Positions 28,858 to 37,987 of a stretch of 57,580 bases of DNA are shown here, piece by piece (position 1 is the stretch's first letter; each line of letters opens with the position of its first letter). Both the position numbers and the translations under genes were made by a program. Below the pieces are notes generated by a model. That model saw nothing but the letters and a program-made list of their open reading frames with translations, searched no databases and had not been told where the DNA came from. The DNA comes from a virus: IMG/VR virus record IMGVR_UViG_3300014911_000006; one strand, written 5' to 3'.

Positions 28858-29018
28858 CTCTTCCTCCTCATAGATTTACTTATCTTTCTATAATATATCT
28901 GTAGTCCTTCTAGTAGGAATGTTATCTCTTTAAATGACATCTTCCTTATATCCTCAAATGTATATCCAAACTCCTTCATCACTAACCAGATTCCCCATCC
29001 TGTATTTGTGGTAAAAAA
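28854..29018 (-). CDS. tail chaperone GT extension reached by -1 frameshift at T TTT TTA (29012-29018)
   Basis: canonical X XXY YYZ heptamer; -1 frame open (TTNTGWGIWLVMKEFGYTFEDIRKM...) until an ATGA overlap with TMP. Confidence 0.8.
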   Translation of the reverse strand, partial: FFTTNTGWGIWLVMKEFGYTFEDIRKMSFKEITFLLEGLQIYYRKISKSMRRKR

Positions 29019-29368
29019 TCTTTGACCTCTCTCTGTGCTTCCTCTGTTAATCCTGATAGCTCTACTATCTTAGTAAATATCTGCTGGAATGTCTCAAACT
29101 TCATCTCTCTTATCTCTGTTAGAGACTTAGGCTTAGGAGACACTATACCCTTGTATACTACAAAGAGCATTCTCTCCTCTGGTGTCTTAACTGCCTTGAA
29201 TATATCTGCTATCTCTCCTGTCTTTAGTCTTCTAACAGTAATCTTCTTCTTCTTATCCTTAATAGTTACCACTATATCTTCTGTCTCCTCTGATGCTAGT
29301 AGATCCTCCCATGTAGCTTCCTCCAATTCTCCTAGAGAGGATAACTCTTCTTCTATTCTCTTATTCAT
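28982..29368 (-). CDS. tail assembly chaperone (G)
   Basis: between tail tube and TMP; carries the slippery site. Confidence 0.75.
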   Translation of the reverse strand: MNKRIEEELSSLGELEEATWEDLLASEETEDIVVTIKDKKKKITVRRLKTGEIADIFKAVKTPEERMLFVVYKGIVSPKPKSLTEIREMKFETFQQIFTKIVELSGLTEEAQREVKDFLPQIQDGESG

Positions 29369-29447
29369 ATTCTATCTAAACCTCCTTCTTGGAATATATA
29401 TATTTAGAGTGAAAATAAGACTCCTTCTTGGAAGGATATAGAGAGTA

Positions 29448-29466
29448 ATGTTACACAGTGTAACAT
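29448..29466. promoter_or_regulatory. palindrome ATGTTACA-N3-TGTAACAT (half-sites swapped)
   Basis: perfect inverted repeat just downstream of the tail tube gene. Confidence 0.65.
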
Positions 29467-29475
29467 AAGACTGCT

Positions 29476-29847
29476 TTAGCTTACTGTTATACTCTTAGCT
29501 CTGAAGTCATAAGATCCTCTGATCTCTCCATCCTGTGGTACATCTATACTACCAGTCTCAAACTTACATCCCTGCATCTTAACCTTCATAGAACCAACAT
29601 AGACATCTATAGTAAACTCTGTTAGAGTAGATCCAGATACCAAGCTTAGAAGAGTAGTGTCAACCCACAGTCTCTCTATAGTCCCTGTAACCTCTTGATT
29701 ACCCTCTACTAAATCTACAGGTGTCCTACTACCTATCTCATAGTATGCCTCTAGATTATTCTCTATATCAAATGTAACTGACTGAGCATATCCTAACAGA
29801 GTACCATCCTTATAGATCTTAGCATTCCAACCCCTGTAAACAGGCAT
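29476..29847 (-). CDS. major tail tube protein
   Basis: all-beta pattern LGYAQSVTFDIEN...GNQEVTGTIERLW; synteny. Confidence 0.75.
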   Translation of the reverse strand: MPVYRGWNAKIYKDGTLLGYAQSVTFDIENNLEAYYEIGSRTPVDLVEGNQEVTGTIERLWVDTTLLSLVSGSTLTEFTIDVYVGSMKVKMQGCKFETGSIDVPQDGEIRGSYDFRAKSITVS

Positions 29848-29889
29848 TTTTCTATTACACCTCTATATTATATTAGAAGATTAGAGATA

Positions 29890-30375
29890 TTAATAGGTTT
29901 CTAGAGCTAATATCTGTATGGTTATAGTCTTTCTGAATAGTCTAGTTTCTGGATCTAGAGGAGCATTAGACACATTTAATATAAGAAGATCTAGATAACC
30001 ATGAGAACTACAGAACTCTCCTCTCTTACTTATAAGAGTCTTTACTATCTGGTCTCCTAGATACTCTCTTAACTCATTTCCTCCAGCTGTTATCTGTCCT
30101 AGATCTGGATCTGTAAATGTGAATGACTCTCCCATCTTATTCCATGTATCTATATCAAAGGTAACAGTAAATATTCTACCCTTATCTCCTAGACTAAGTT
30201 CTCTACTATCTACTCCCACTTGTGAAATAGATATTCTAGGGAAAGTAGCATCGACACGAGGCAGATCGGGATATACCCATGATCTACTAGAGTTCTTACT
30301 ACCTGTTCTAGGATCAAGTATATTCTCATGTAGAAGTGTCTTCAGATTCTTAAACATATCCATTAACATAGTCAT
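29890..30375 (-). CDS. tail terminator-like protein
   Basis: VYPDLP...FPRISI...FDIDTW; synteny. Confidence 0.65.
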   Translation of the reverse strand: MTMLMDMFKNLKTLLHENILDPRTGSKNSSRSWVYPDLPRVDATFPRISISQVGVDSRELSLGDKGRIFTVTFDIDTWNKMGESFTFTDPDLGQITAGGNELREYLGDQIVKTLISKRGEFCSSHGYLDLLILNVSNAPLDPETRLFRKTITIQILALETY

Positions 30376-30381
30376 TCTATA

Positions 30382-30882
30382 TTACACCTCTCTCATCAGT
30401 TTATTGATTCTTCTAATAATTATCCTTCTAAAGGAGGGAGTAGCTTCTCTGATAGATCTAGATACTATCTTAGGATAGGATGATGGAGGTTTCCTTACTA
30501 TAGATACTAGAACCTCTTTAGTCTTTATTCCCTCTGGTGTCTCTTCTTTCTTTACTAGTCTTAGTGCTCTACCCACTATAGGTCTTATAGGTCTCTTTCT
30601 ACCAAACTCCATAGCTAGTACAGCTAAACTTCTCTCTGGAGGATCTACATAGATAGTGAATCCTCTTCTCTCTAACTGATATCTGAATCTAAATCTCTGA
30701 GGTCTACCATGTTTACCTACCTTAGGAGCAGTCTTAACTCTATATGGTCTATTCTTGTTAAGGATAGAAGTTAGTCTCTTACCCCATGATTGAGTACCAC
30801 TAACGATAGCATCTATTAATCTTCTACCTAGTACTCTATATAATCTTTCATCTACATTGATACTGAGATTGATCTGTATCAT
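30382..30882 (-). CDS. tail completion/neck protein
   Basis: basic protein with AMEFG motif; synteny. Confidence 0.55.
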   Translation of the reverse strand: MIQINLSINVDERLYRVLGRRLIDAIVSGTQSWGKRLTSILNKNRPYRVKTAPKVGKHGRPQRFRFRYQLERRGFTIYVDPPERSLAVLAMEFGRKRPIRPIVGRALRLVKKEETPEGIKTKEVLVSIVRKPPSSYPKIVSRSIREATPSFRRIIIRRINKLMREV

Positions 30883-31253
30883 TCTACTCTCCTCAATCTA
30901 AGTTCTTTAATGAATACTTCTCCTTTCTCATCATAGTGATTGGTTATCCACTCTATTCTATATTGAACATTATTGAAGATAAGATAGTCATCTATATCTA
31001 CCGTTACTGTGGTAGAGTTTATAGTATAGCTAGGTAGAACAAATGCTCTAGCATCTCCTAGATCTATAGTACCATAGGGATTATATCTTAGATCTTCCTC
31101 TGTTATGGGGACTAGTTCTCCCTGTATACTGTAATCAGTATATGACTCTTCAGATGATCCCCATGTATCATCTATAGTCTTAGATATCTTTCTTAGAGTA
31201 AGAGTCTTAGACAGTATCTTATTGAGAGTTATCTTAGGTGCTCTTATTATCAT
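30879..31253 (-). CDS. head closure protein
   Basis: SPP1 gp16-like beta pattern; synteny. Confidence 0.65.
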   Translation of the reverse strand: MIIRAPKITLNKILSKTLTLRKISKTIDDTWGSSEESYTDYSIQGELVPITEEDLRYNPYGTIDLGDARAFVLPSYTINSTTVTVDIDDYLIFNNVQYRIEWITNHYDEKGEVFIKELRLRRVE

Positions 31254-31261
31254 ATTCTAGA

Positions 31262-31927
31262 TCACTCTCCATAGATAATATTAGACTCTGATATTAGATG
31301 TGGAAACAGTCTCTCTGCTTCTCTATAGCTATATCCTCTCTTTATTAGCTCTATTATCTTTAAGAAGTCATTGTAGATATCTATATATGGATAGAGTCTT
31401 CTAGATCCCATTCTTATTCTAAGAGTACCTACACTCCATGATTCAGGTATCAGTAGTGTCTCTGATATCAGATATCTATATCCAGCATATAGAGTAGATG
31501 CTAGTTCTACTAGACTCCAATCTACAGGATTAAGATAGTAGGAGTAGTCAGCTGTAATCTTCTTATAGGTATCTGAGGATGGAGCACTAGAGAGTATAAT
31601 GAGACCTTCATTACTATCTACACTAGATACTGTTAACTCTGTCTTGGTTGTAGGATCACTAGCCTTAGTCCATCCATATACTGTTACATCACTAGCATCA
31701 ATAGTCTTATCTAGATTGGTATCTGCTATAGGTTTAAATGAAGTATAGAACTTAGTGTTAGATCCATTGATATTACCCTCTAACTCATCATCTATAACTC
31801 TAACTGTAATCATAGATAGAACTATCTTATCTGAGTACTCTATAAAGTTAGATAGAGTCTCATCTGATACCTGTGTCTCTGATAATCCTAGTAGACTTCT
31901 AACCTTACTAGGAGTAGTATATGTCAT
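31262..31927 (-). CDS. head-tail adaptor
   Basis: YTTPSKVRSLLG N-terminus; directly after MCP. Confidence 0.7.
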   Translation of the reverse strand: MTYTTPSKVRSLLGLSETQVSDETLSNFIEYSDKIVLSMITVRVIDDELEGNINGSNTKFYTSFKPIADTNLDKTIDASDVTVYGWTKASDPTTKTELTVSSVDSNEGLIILSSAPSSDTYKKITADYSYYLNPVDWSLVELASTLYAGYRYLISETLLIPESWSVGTLRIRMGSRRLYPYIDIYNDFLKIIELIKRGYSYREAERLFPHLISESNIIYGE

Positions 31928-31993
31928 ATAGATTATCTCCTCTATTAAGAATTATATTAGAACTAGAATAAAAATATGGTCTTTATCTTGTTA

Positions 31994-32021
31994 GAGACTA
32001 ACTATCTATCTAGTTAGCCTC
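31994..32021 (-). terminator. 11-bp RNA hairpin downstream of MCP gene
   Basis: GAGGCUAACUA-GAUAGA-UAGUUAGUCUC, with one G-U pair on the sense strand. Confidence 0.5.
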
Positions 32022-32071
32022 TACATATATTAATAGAAGATAGAGAGAAGAAGAAAGAGATATTGGAGACT

Positions 32072-32905
32072 CTAGCAGTTGTTTATGATACAGATGGCAT
32101 CATCATTAACGATCTCAACACCATACTCCATATAGAAGTTGAGTTCTACTGAGTCTGTTGATGGATTATCCCATCTCTTGAGTGTAAGTTCCCTCTTTAT
32201 AGCTAATACTGCCGCTCTAGTAGTATCTAAGACTATAGCCTTACCACTAGTCATGTTCTGAGTAACAAAGACCTTTAGACCAGCTATCTTCCCTATTTCA
32301 CCATTGAGTATAGGTTCTCTAGCTCCATAGGCACTAGCATCTATGAATCTATCATCCTGTAATAGATCTGCTTCTTGGTCTGGATGTATAACTAGAGCAT
32401 TAGGATTGTACTTAGCTGTTAACACCTTGTTTCTGGCTTTAACTATATCACCAAATGCTAGAGTACCAGTAGTAGCGGCATCTATACTTGTACTAGCAGT
32501 TAAGAGTTCTGTTATGATATCCTTGTCTTCCTTGTCAGCTATAGCTTCACCTGCTTCTAATATGTGATCCTTGATAAGATCAAACTCACATCCATCTATA
32601 GCTTCCTGTGTAATCTTAACTTGTAGACCTATCTTTGAAGGAGTAATCTGTACAGTAGAGTATGTAGCCTTAGTAGAGTAGCTTGATAGATCTTCTCCCT
32701 CACTAAGACTGTAGGCAGTGAGAGCACCTCTCTTAGGTATATAGAGACTCCTACCCTTAGCACCTACAAGATCCCTGTTAACTCTAACAAGAGACCTACC
32801 AACCCTCTTAGCTCTAGCAACTTCCTCTACCTGATCTACTATGATCTTAGGGAGAACAGAGGCTATATCTGTAGTAGTAAGAGCTAGTTCTTCTAAACCT
32901 TTCAT
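32072..32905 (-). CDS. major capsid protein, HK97 fold
   Basis: G..LYIPK, P.KIG..V.IT.E, LVIHP, GEIGKIAGLKVFVT. Confidence 0.9.
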   Translation of the reverse strand: MKGLEELALTTTDIASVLPKIIVDQVEEVARAKRVGRSLVRVNRDLVGAKGRSLYIPKRGALTAYSLSEGEDLSSYSTKATYSTVQITPSKIGLQVKITQEAIDGCEFDLIKDHILEAGEAIADKEDKDIITELLTASTSIDAATTGTLAFGDIVKARNKVLTAKYNPNALVIHPDQEADLLQDDRFIDASAYGAREPILNGEIGKIAGLKVFVTQNMTSGKAIVLDTTRAAVLAIKRELTLKRWDNPSTDSVELNFYMEYGVEIVNDDAICIINNC

Positions 32906-32950
32906 CTTTGATATTCACCTCTTCACTATGATATATATTAGAAGAAACAG

Positions 32951-32957
32951 ATATAAA
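32951..32957 (-). promoter_or_regulatory. TATA-like box (TTTATAT) upstream of MCP
   Basis: about 46 nt upstream of the start and about 30 nt above the GAGGTGA RBS. Confidence 0.45.
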
Positions 32958-32989
32958 TATTATCTATAAGAAGAAAGAAAAGAGAGAGA

Positions 32990-33008
32990 ATGTAACACTG
33001 TGTTACAT
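32990..33008. promoter_or_regulatory. palindrome ATGTAACA-N3-TGTTACAT upstream of the MCP promoter
   Basis: perfect inverted repeat, intergenic. Confidence 0.7.
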
Positions 33009-33024
33009 AAGTGAAACAAAGAAA

Positions 33025-33354
33025 CTAGAGTTCTCCTCTTAACCATTTTCCTAGTATCCCCTTCTTAGCCGCATATTCTAGTATCTCCCAGTTACTATAT
33101 CTACCTAGCTCCTCTACTCTTCTATCTTCTCTTTTGACCTCTCTTGTTACTATAACTGGTTTGGAGAGTTCTATCTTAGCTTTCTCTAGTTGATCCTGTA
33201 GCTTCTGTATCTCTGACTGATAGTTACTGATCTCTCTCTTATATACTTCAACCTCTTCTCTTAGAGAGGATAACTCTTCAAACTGTCTCTCTATTATCTT
33301 TAATAGCTCTTTCTTAGGCATCTTATTGATCTTCTTTATAATATCTTCACTCAT
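33025..33354 (-). CDS. coiled-coil scaffolding protein candidate
   Basis: heptads; lies between protease and MCP. Confidence 0.6.
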   Translation of the reverse strand: MSEDIIKKINKMPKKELLKIIERQFEELSSLREEVEVYKREISNYQSEIQKLQDQLEKAKIELSKPVIVTREVKREDRRVEELGRYSNWEILEYAAKKGILGKWLRGEL

Positions 33355-33404
33355 AAAAAGAGACCTCTCTTTTATCTTATATTAGAGAAGAAAAGATATA
33401 TTGA

Positions 33405-34787
33405 CTAATCTTCTTGGCTTACAGCTATCTTGAAGAGTTCTCCTAGATGTACTTTCCCTTCTCTTACTAGCTGTCTAAGTTCATTGAGTACTTCTTCCTT
33501 ACTCTTAGGTTTAGGTGTCTCTTCCTTCTTCTCTTCTACAGGTGTCTCCTGTTTAACTTCCTCTGTCTTAGGAGCTTCTTCTTTAGGAGTCTCTACTTCT
33601 GGTTTTACTTTAACTTCTACTGTTACTGGTACTTTGGCTACTGGAGTCTCTTCTTTAGGAGCTTCTTCTTTCTTTTCCTCTATTACTGGTTGAGACTGAG
33701 GTTGTGCTTCCTGTTGAGGTGTCTGAGTTACCTGTGGAGTCTGAGAGGCACTAGGAGATGGAGAAGTCATCTGATCCTGACTAGGTTGAGGAGACTGAGG
33801 AGTAGCACTTAGCTCTTGAGACTTCTCTTCTGGTTCAGGATATTCATAGGGATACTCTTCTTCCTTCTTCTTCTTTTTCTTCTTCAGATATTCCTGTAGT
33901 TCTTTTAATCCTTCTTCTCCTAGCTTCTCTGATATGAATGCTAATATATCTTCTATATTCATCTTTTCAGGATATTTATAGTAACCATAGGGATAGTAGT
34001 AACCATAGTAACCATAAGGATATGGATAACCATAGTATATCACTATCTTCTTACCTACTGCTCTAGCTTCTTCAGGTATCTTGGTACTATCCTCTCCAAA
34101 TCTAACTATAACATGATCTCTCAGTTCCTCTGGTAGATGCTTCAAGATAGACTGTAAGAACTCATAAGCCTTATTCTCTATTTTAGCTAGTTCTTCCATT
34201 CCTATATCACCTTCCCTATGATATATAGACTTATCTTTATTACTTAAGCCTTCCTCTGTATGAATAATGAAACAGGTACTACAAGCAGGATTTCTAACTA
34301 GAGATAGTTCTCTAAACTGGAAATCATATCCCTCTGTACCATTCTCTGTATTCTTATAACTCATATAGGTGCTCATAGATACTGCTTTAAACTCTCCCTC
34401 TTTAACCAGCTTCTTAGCTTCAGGATCATCTATCTCTGCTTCAAACAGTATACCCTTAAAGAGATCCTCCCATTTAACCTTAGTAACTCTACCTACTTCT
34501 CTATCTTTAAACTTCTCATCTCTACCATGCTCTACTAGTATAGGTTTACCCTCTAACTGTTTCATAGCTTTCTTTAGCTCTTCACTAGGATAGAATACTC
34601 CATTCCACTTACCTTCTTTTAGAGCTATTCCTCTAATGATTAGAGGTTCTTCTGATAATATCTGGAATCTCCATACGTTATCTGATAATCTAGATAGACA
34701 CTTTAGATGCTGTACCTCTGACTGTAGCTCCTCTATCTGAGCTACTAGCTCCTGTATAATAGATTCCTTAGAAGACAAATACTTCAC
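33405..34787 (-). CDS. prohead maturation protease with low-complexity scaffold tail
   Basis: NGVFYPSEEL...KPILVEH, AVSMS, ELSLVRNPAC; then Tyr-rich and Pro/Gln/Glu-rich regions. Confidence 0.8.
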   Translation of the reverse strand: MKYLSSKESIIQELVAQIEELQSEVQHLKCLSRLSDNVWRFQILSEEPLIIRGIALKEGKWNGVFYPSEELKKAMKQLEGKPILVEHGRDEKFKDREVGRVTKVKWEDLFKGILFEAEIDDPEAKKLVKEGEFKAVSMSTYMSYKNTENGTEGYDFQFRELSLVRNPACSTCFIIHTEEGLSNKDKSIYHREGDIGMEELAKIENKAYEFLQSILKHLPEELRDHVIVRFGEDSTKIPEEARAVGKKIVIYYGYPYPYGYYGYYYPYGYYKYPEKMNIEDILAFISEKLGEEGLKELQEYLKKKKKKKEEEYPYEYPEPEEKSQELSATPQSPQPSQDQMTSPSPSASQTPQVTQTPQQEAQPQSQPVIEEKKEEAPKEETPVAKVPVTVEVKVKPEVETPKEEAPKTEEVKQETPVEEKKEETPKPKSKEEVLNELRQLVREGKVHLGELFKIAVSQED

Positions 34788-34832
34788 CTATAAGATAAAG
34801 ATAAGAGTAATATCTATAAAGTTTACTCTGTA

Positions 34833-37800
34833 TCATGGTTTGCTCACTATCTCTGGAGGATTGTCTCCTCTCTTCATTATCCACTCATATCTAGATAGTC
34901 CCTTACCCTTCATCCATGCTCTAGCTGTCTCCTCTGTCCACTTGTCCTTATAGAACTTGAGATATGCTATTCTAGCATGATGAAATGTACCTTCTATAGG
35001 ATATAGACATACACCTATCTCTACTCCCTCTGGTACTTCTAATCCTATAGTCTTGAGATATGGTTCTGGATCTTCACATCTAGTGAACTCTCTAGGATCA
35101 TATAGTCTAAGATAGAAGTAGTCTCTATGATCTTCTAGTAGAGCTGGTTTATATGATTCTCCTGTATATGGATCTCCAGTAGATAGAGACTTATCTGTAG
35201 GTAGTTTAGATTTCATGAATATCCATCCTTTATCTGTCTTCTTAGTTATATAGTATCCTTTAAGCTTCTTGCCATGAAAGATCATAGACATGAAGATATC
35301 ACTATCCTCTATTATCTCTACTTCTCCTTTGTCTAATCTATCTACCTTGGTCTGTAGTTTACCTACCTTTACAAATCCCTCTGTTACCTCATCTGTTATC
35401 CACTTTAGATCTGTACACTTCTTTCTAACTGCTTCTATAGGTTCTTCTATATCTGTCTCTAGAGGATTACTGTATAGATTAAACTCATCTAGATAGTCTC
35501 TATTATCTATTCTCATTCTAATATCATAGTGAGATGTTATCTGTCCTCTAACAGGATATAGAGTATGCTTATCTAGAACAAATATACCCTTAGAGAGACT
35601 GTGTTTAGATATTCTAGAGAGAGTATAGATATCTGAGTCTGGTTCTTCTTGTCTTAATATATATTCTCCTTTTAGAGTCTTACCATTAAACTTTAACTCT
35701 AGTATCTCTTCTCCTAGAGATCCTTCTCCTGACTTGATGTCTACTGTACCTGTATCTAGTAGGACACAATGACATGGTATCTCTTTAGTAGGGCAGTATT
35801 GAGATCTAGGTTTAAGTTCTCCCTCTCTCTTCATCCATCTTCTATCTACTCTACCTTCATAGATAGCTGTTAATGGAGTCTCCCATACTGGATCTCCCTC
35901 AAACATCCATGATCTGACTGATCCTCTACCTCTATCATCTATCCTGATAAACCATCTTCTCTGAGGTATATCTCTAATTACTTTCTGTCCTTTCCAGTAT
36001 ATCATGGAGAATGAGAATCTAGGTTTAGCTAGAGACTCTTCTTCCTTCCACTTCTCCTTAACCCATTCTAACCATTCTTCATACTTCTTCTTGTTCTCTT
36101 CTATCCACCATTTAGGTATAGGTATATGTCCCTTGGGAGGATACCATCCCTTCTTTCTAGCTCTCTTACTTACAGCATAGGGTTCTTGATCTTTAGGTAT
36201 CATCACTCTCCACAGTAGCTCATATTCTCCCTTGATAGGTTTCTTGGTTTCTGGATCTATCTTCTGTGCCTTTACTCCTCTTATTACTACTCTAAGCTTC
36301 TTAAACTTCTCTCCATCTAGAAAGTACTCATGGAAGTATGGTTTCTGTGCTCCTATGGTTATCTTACCCTTATCTAGAAGATAGAACCATCCATATTCAT
36401 ATCTAGTAGCTCCTACTGATCCTTTAGGTATCTTTACTATATCTCCTATCTTCTTTAGTCTTCCTCCTAGATCTAACCATACAACTGGTTGTCTAGCTTT
36501 GGTCTCTGCTCTTAGTCCTACTCCTTTCTTGTTTGGAGTAAACTTCCAGTCATGTTTCTCTACTAACTCTTTAACTTCTTCCTTAGAGTCTGGTTTATCT
36601 TCTAGTCCATTATCTAGTATAGTCCATCCTATTAGATGATTATCTATCTTGAATCTGAAGTCTATATGTACACTATTGTGAACCCTTAAGAAACCTACTC
36701 CTGCTAAGAAATCTTGTGTCTCTGTTTCTACATCATATACATATCTCTTATGAGAATAGAAGAATGTTTCTTCATCAGTAGGAGTATTGACAAGATGTTT
36801 ACCATCCTTGTAGTTTGGATTCTTTTCTCCAATGAAATCTACTGCTTTAGATTCAACTATCTTTCTAACTGTATTTCTGTTCTTGACAGTAAGATTATGT
36901 TCTTTAGAAATTAGTCTAACTCTAATTAGATCTCCTTGTCCTCTTATGTAAAACTCTTTATCAGGATAAAGATTCTTCAGAATGATTAAGATTCCTTGTA
37001 TTAGAGACTGAGAAGAGGAAGCAAACTCTATCTTCTCAGGGTAGCCTATACCATCTCCTTTTAGGTAACCATCTAAAAATGCAGAGAGAGACTCTCTGTT
37101 CCAGTTGAAGATAAAGTCAGGAATGATCTTCCATCTTGCTTTTCTTTCTTTTACCTCATGTACACCTGTAACTGTTCCTTTTGTAAACCTGTAATCTCTG
37201 AAATAGAGATCAGTAATTTCTTTGAATCCTTCTTTCTTACTTTTAACAATGTGATAGTTGAAACCATATCTCTCAAGATAAGATATAACAGGTCTCAAGA
37301 TCTCTGGATCAGTAGTTGTAATCTTGACCACACCATTCCTCTTAACAGAACCCTCTGCTAGAAAGAGTCCCCAAGTATAGGCATAGTCAAGATCAACACT
37401 AACTTCAAGAGGTAATCTAGGAACAGGAATCTCATCTAGAGATACTCCTATCTGTAGATCCTTAGTAGCTATTTCTTGTCCGTTAGAGAAGAGAGAATGA
37501 TCCTCAGTTACTTCAACTACAGAATCCCAAGTAAAGACTCTATATATTCTTTTTGGAGGATGTTTATAGAATCTTTTTAGTTTCTTCCAACCTTTAGATG
37601 TCCAGATCTCTATGCTAGAGAGATCTTCTCTGTTTTCTAGAGTCTTTATAGGTATTACTCTTATTCTATCCTGTTCTCTAATAACTATTGGAGTTCTATC
37701 TGAGACACTTCTTCCTCTTATATGATATTGTAGGACATAGGGTAGCTTACCATTCTTGTTAGGAGGAGGTAGCTCCATATATCTAGCTATGTTAGCTTGT

Positions 37801-37844
37801 AGACTCTGATATCTATCTTTCAACATGTGTTTATAGATTATCAC
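34833..37844 (-). CDS. intein-containing protein with three LigD 3'-phosphoesterase-like domains plus a C-terminal unknown domain
   Basis: spliced YVLQYHIRGR|SVHIDFRF...GW matches LigD PE QxH...HxDFR; repeated LDxG...GxxLKG units. Confidence 0.7.
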   Translation of the reverse strand: MIIYKHMLKDRYQSLQANIARYMELPPPNKNGKLPYVLQYHIRGRSVSDRTPIVIREQDRIRVIPIKTLENREDLSSIEIWTSKGWKKLKRFYKHPPKRIYRVFTWDSVVEVTEDHSLFSNGQEIATKDLQIGVSLDEIPVPRLPLEVSVDLDYAYTWGLFLAEGSVKRNGVVKITTTDPEILRPVISYLERYGFNYHIVKSKKEGFKEITDLYFRDYRFTKGTVTGVHEVKERKARWKIIPDFIFNWNRESLSAFLDGYLKGDGIGYPEKIEFASSSQSLIQGILIILKNLYPDKEFYIRGQGDLIRVRLISKEHNLTVKNRNTVRKIVESKAVDFIGEKNPNYKDGKHLVNTPTDEETFFYSHKRYVYDVETETQDFLAGVGFLRVHNSVHIDFRFKIDNHLIGWTILDNGLEDKPDSKEEVKELVEKHDWKFTPNKKGVGLRAETKARQPVVWLDLGGRLKKIGDIVKIPKGSVGATRYEYGWFYLLDKGKITIGAQKPYFHEYFLDGEKFKKLRVVIRGVKAQKIDPETKKPIKGEYELLWRVMIPKDQEPYAVSKRARKKGWYPPKGHIPIPKWWIEENKKKYEEWLEWVKEKWKEEESLAKPRFSFSMIYWKGQKVIRDIPQRRWFIRIDDRGRGSVRSWMFEGDPVWETPLTAIYEGRVDRRWMKREGELKPRSQYCPTKEIPCHCVLLDTGTVDIKSGEGSLGEEILELKFNGKTLKGEYILRQEEPDSDIYTLSRISKHSLSKGIFVLDKHTLYPVRGQITSHYDIRMRIDNRDYLDEFNLYSNPLETDIEEPIEAVRKKCTDLKWITDEVTEGFVKVGKLQTKVDRLDKGEVEIIEDSDIFMSMIFHGKKLKGYYITKKTDKGWIFMKSKLPTDKSLSTGDPYTGESYKPALLEDHRDYFYLRLYDPREFTRCEDPEPYLKTIGLEVPEGVEIGVCLYPIEGTFHHARIAYLKFYKDKWTEETARAWMKGKGLSRYEWIMKRGDNPPEIVSKP
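36675..37709 (-). mobile_element. intein (345 aa, Ser1, HN/Ser+1) with LAGLIDADG endonuclease
   Basis: SVSDRTPI, TEDHSLF, GLFLAEGS, GYLKGDG, VHN|S. Confidence 0.9.
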
Positions 37845-37987
37845 TCAAAATCACCTTCCCATTCTCTTATTATAGGTGTTCTAAACTCTACCCATACTCT
37901 ACCACACTTCTGACATCTATAGATACATGAGTCTGCTGTACAGGACTCTATACTCCATTCATGTTTACATTCTTCTTTCTCACTCAT
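37841..37987 (-). CDS. 48-aa Zn-ribbon protein linking the ligase and PE genes (not in ORF track)
   Basis: MSEKEECKHEW...YRCQKCG; abuts the upstream stop and has a GTGA overlap downstream. Confidence 0.65.
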   Translation of the reverse strand: MSEKEECKHEWSIESCTADSCIYRCQKCGRVWVEFRTPIIREWEGDFE

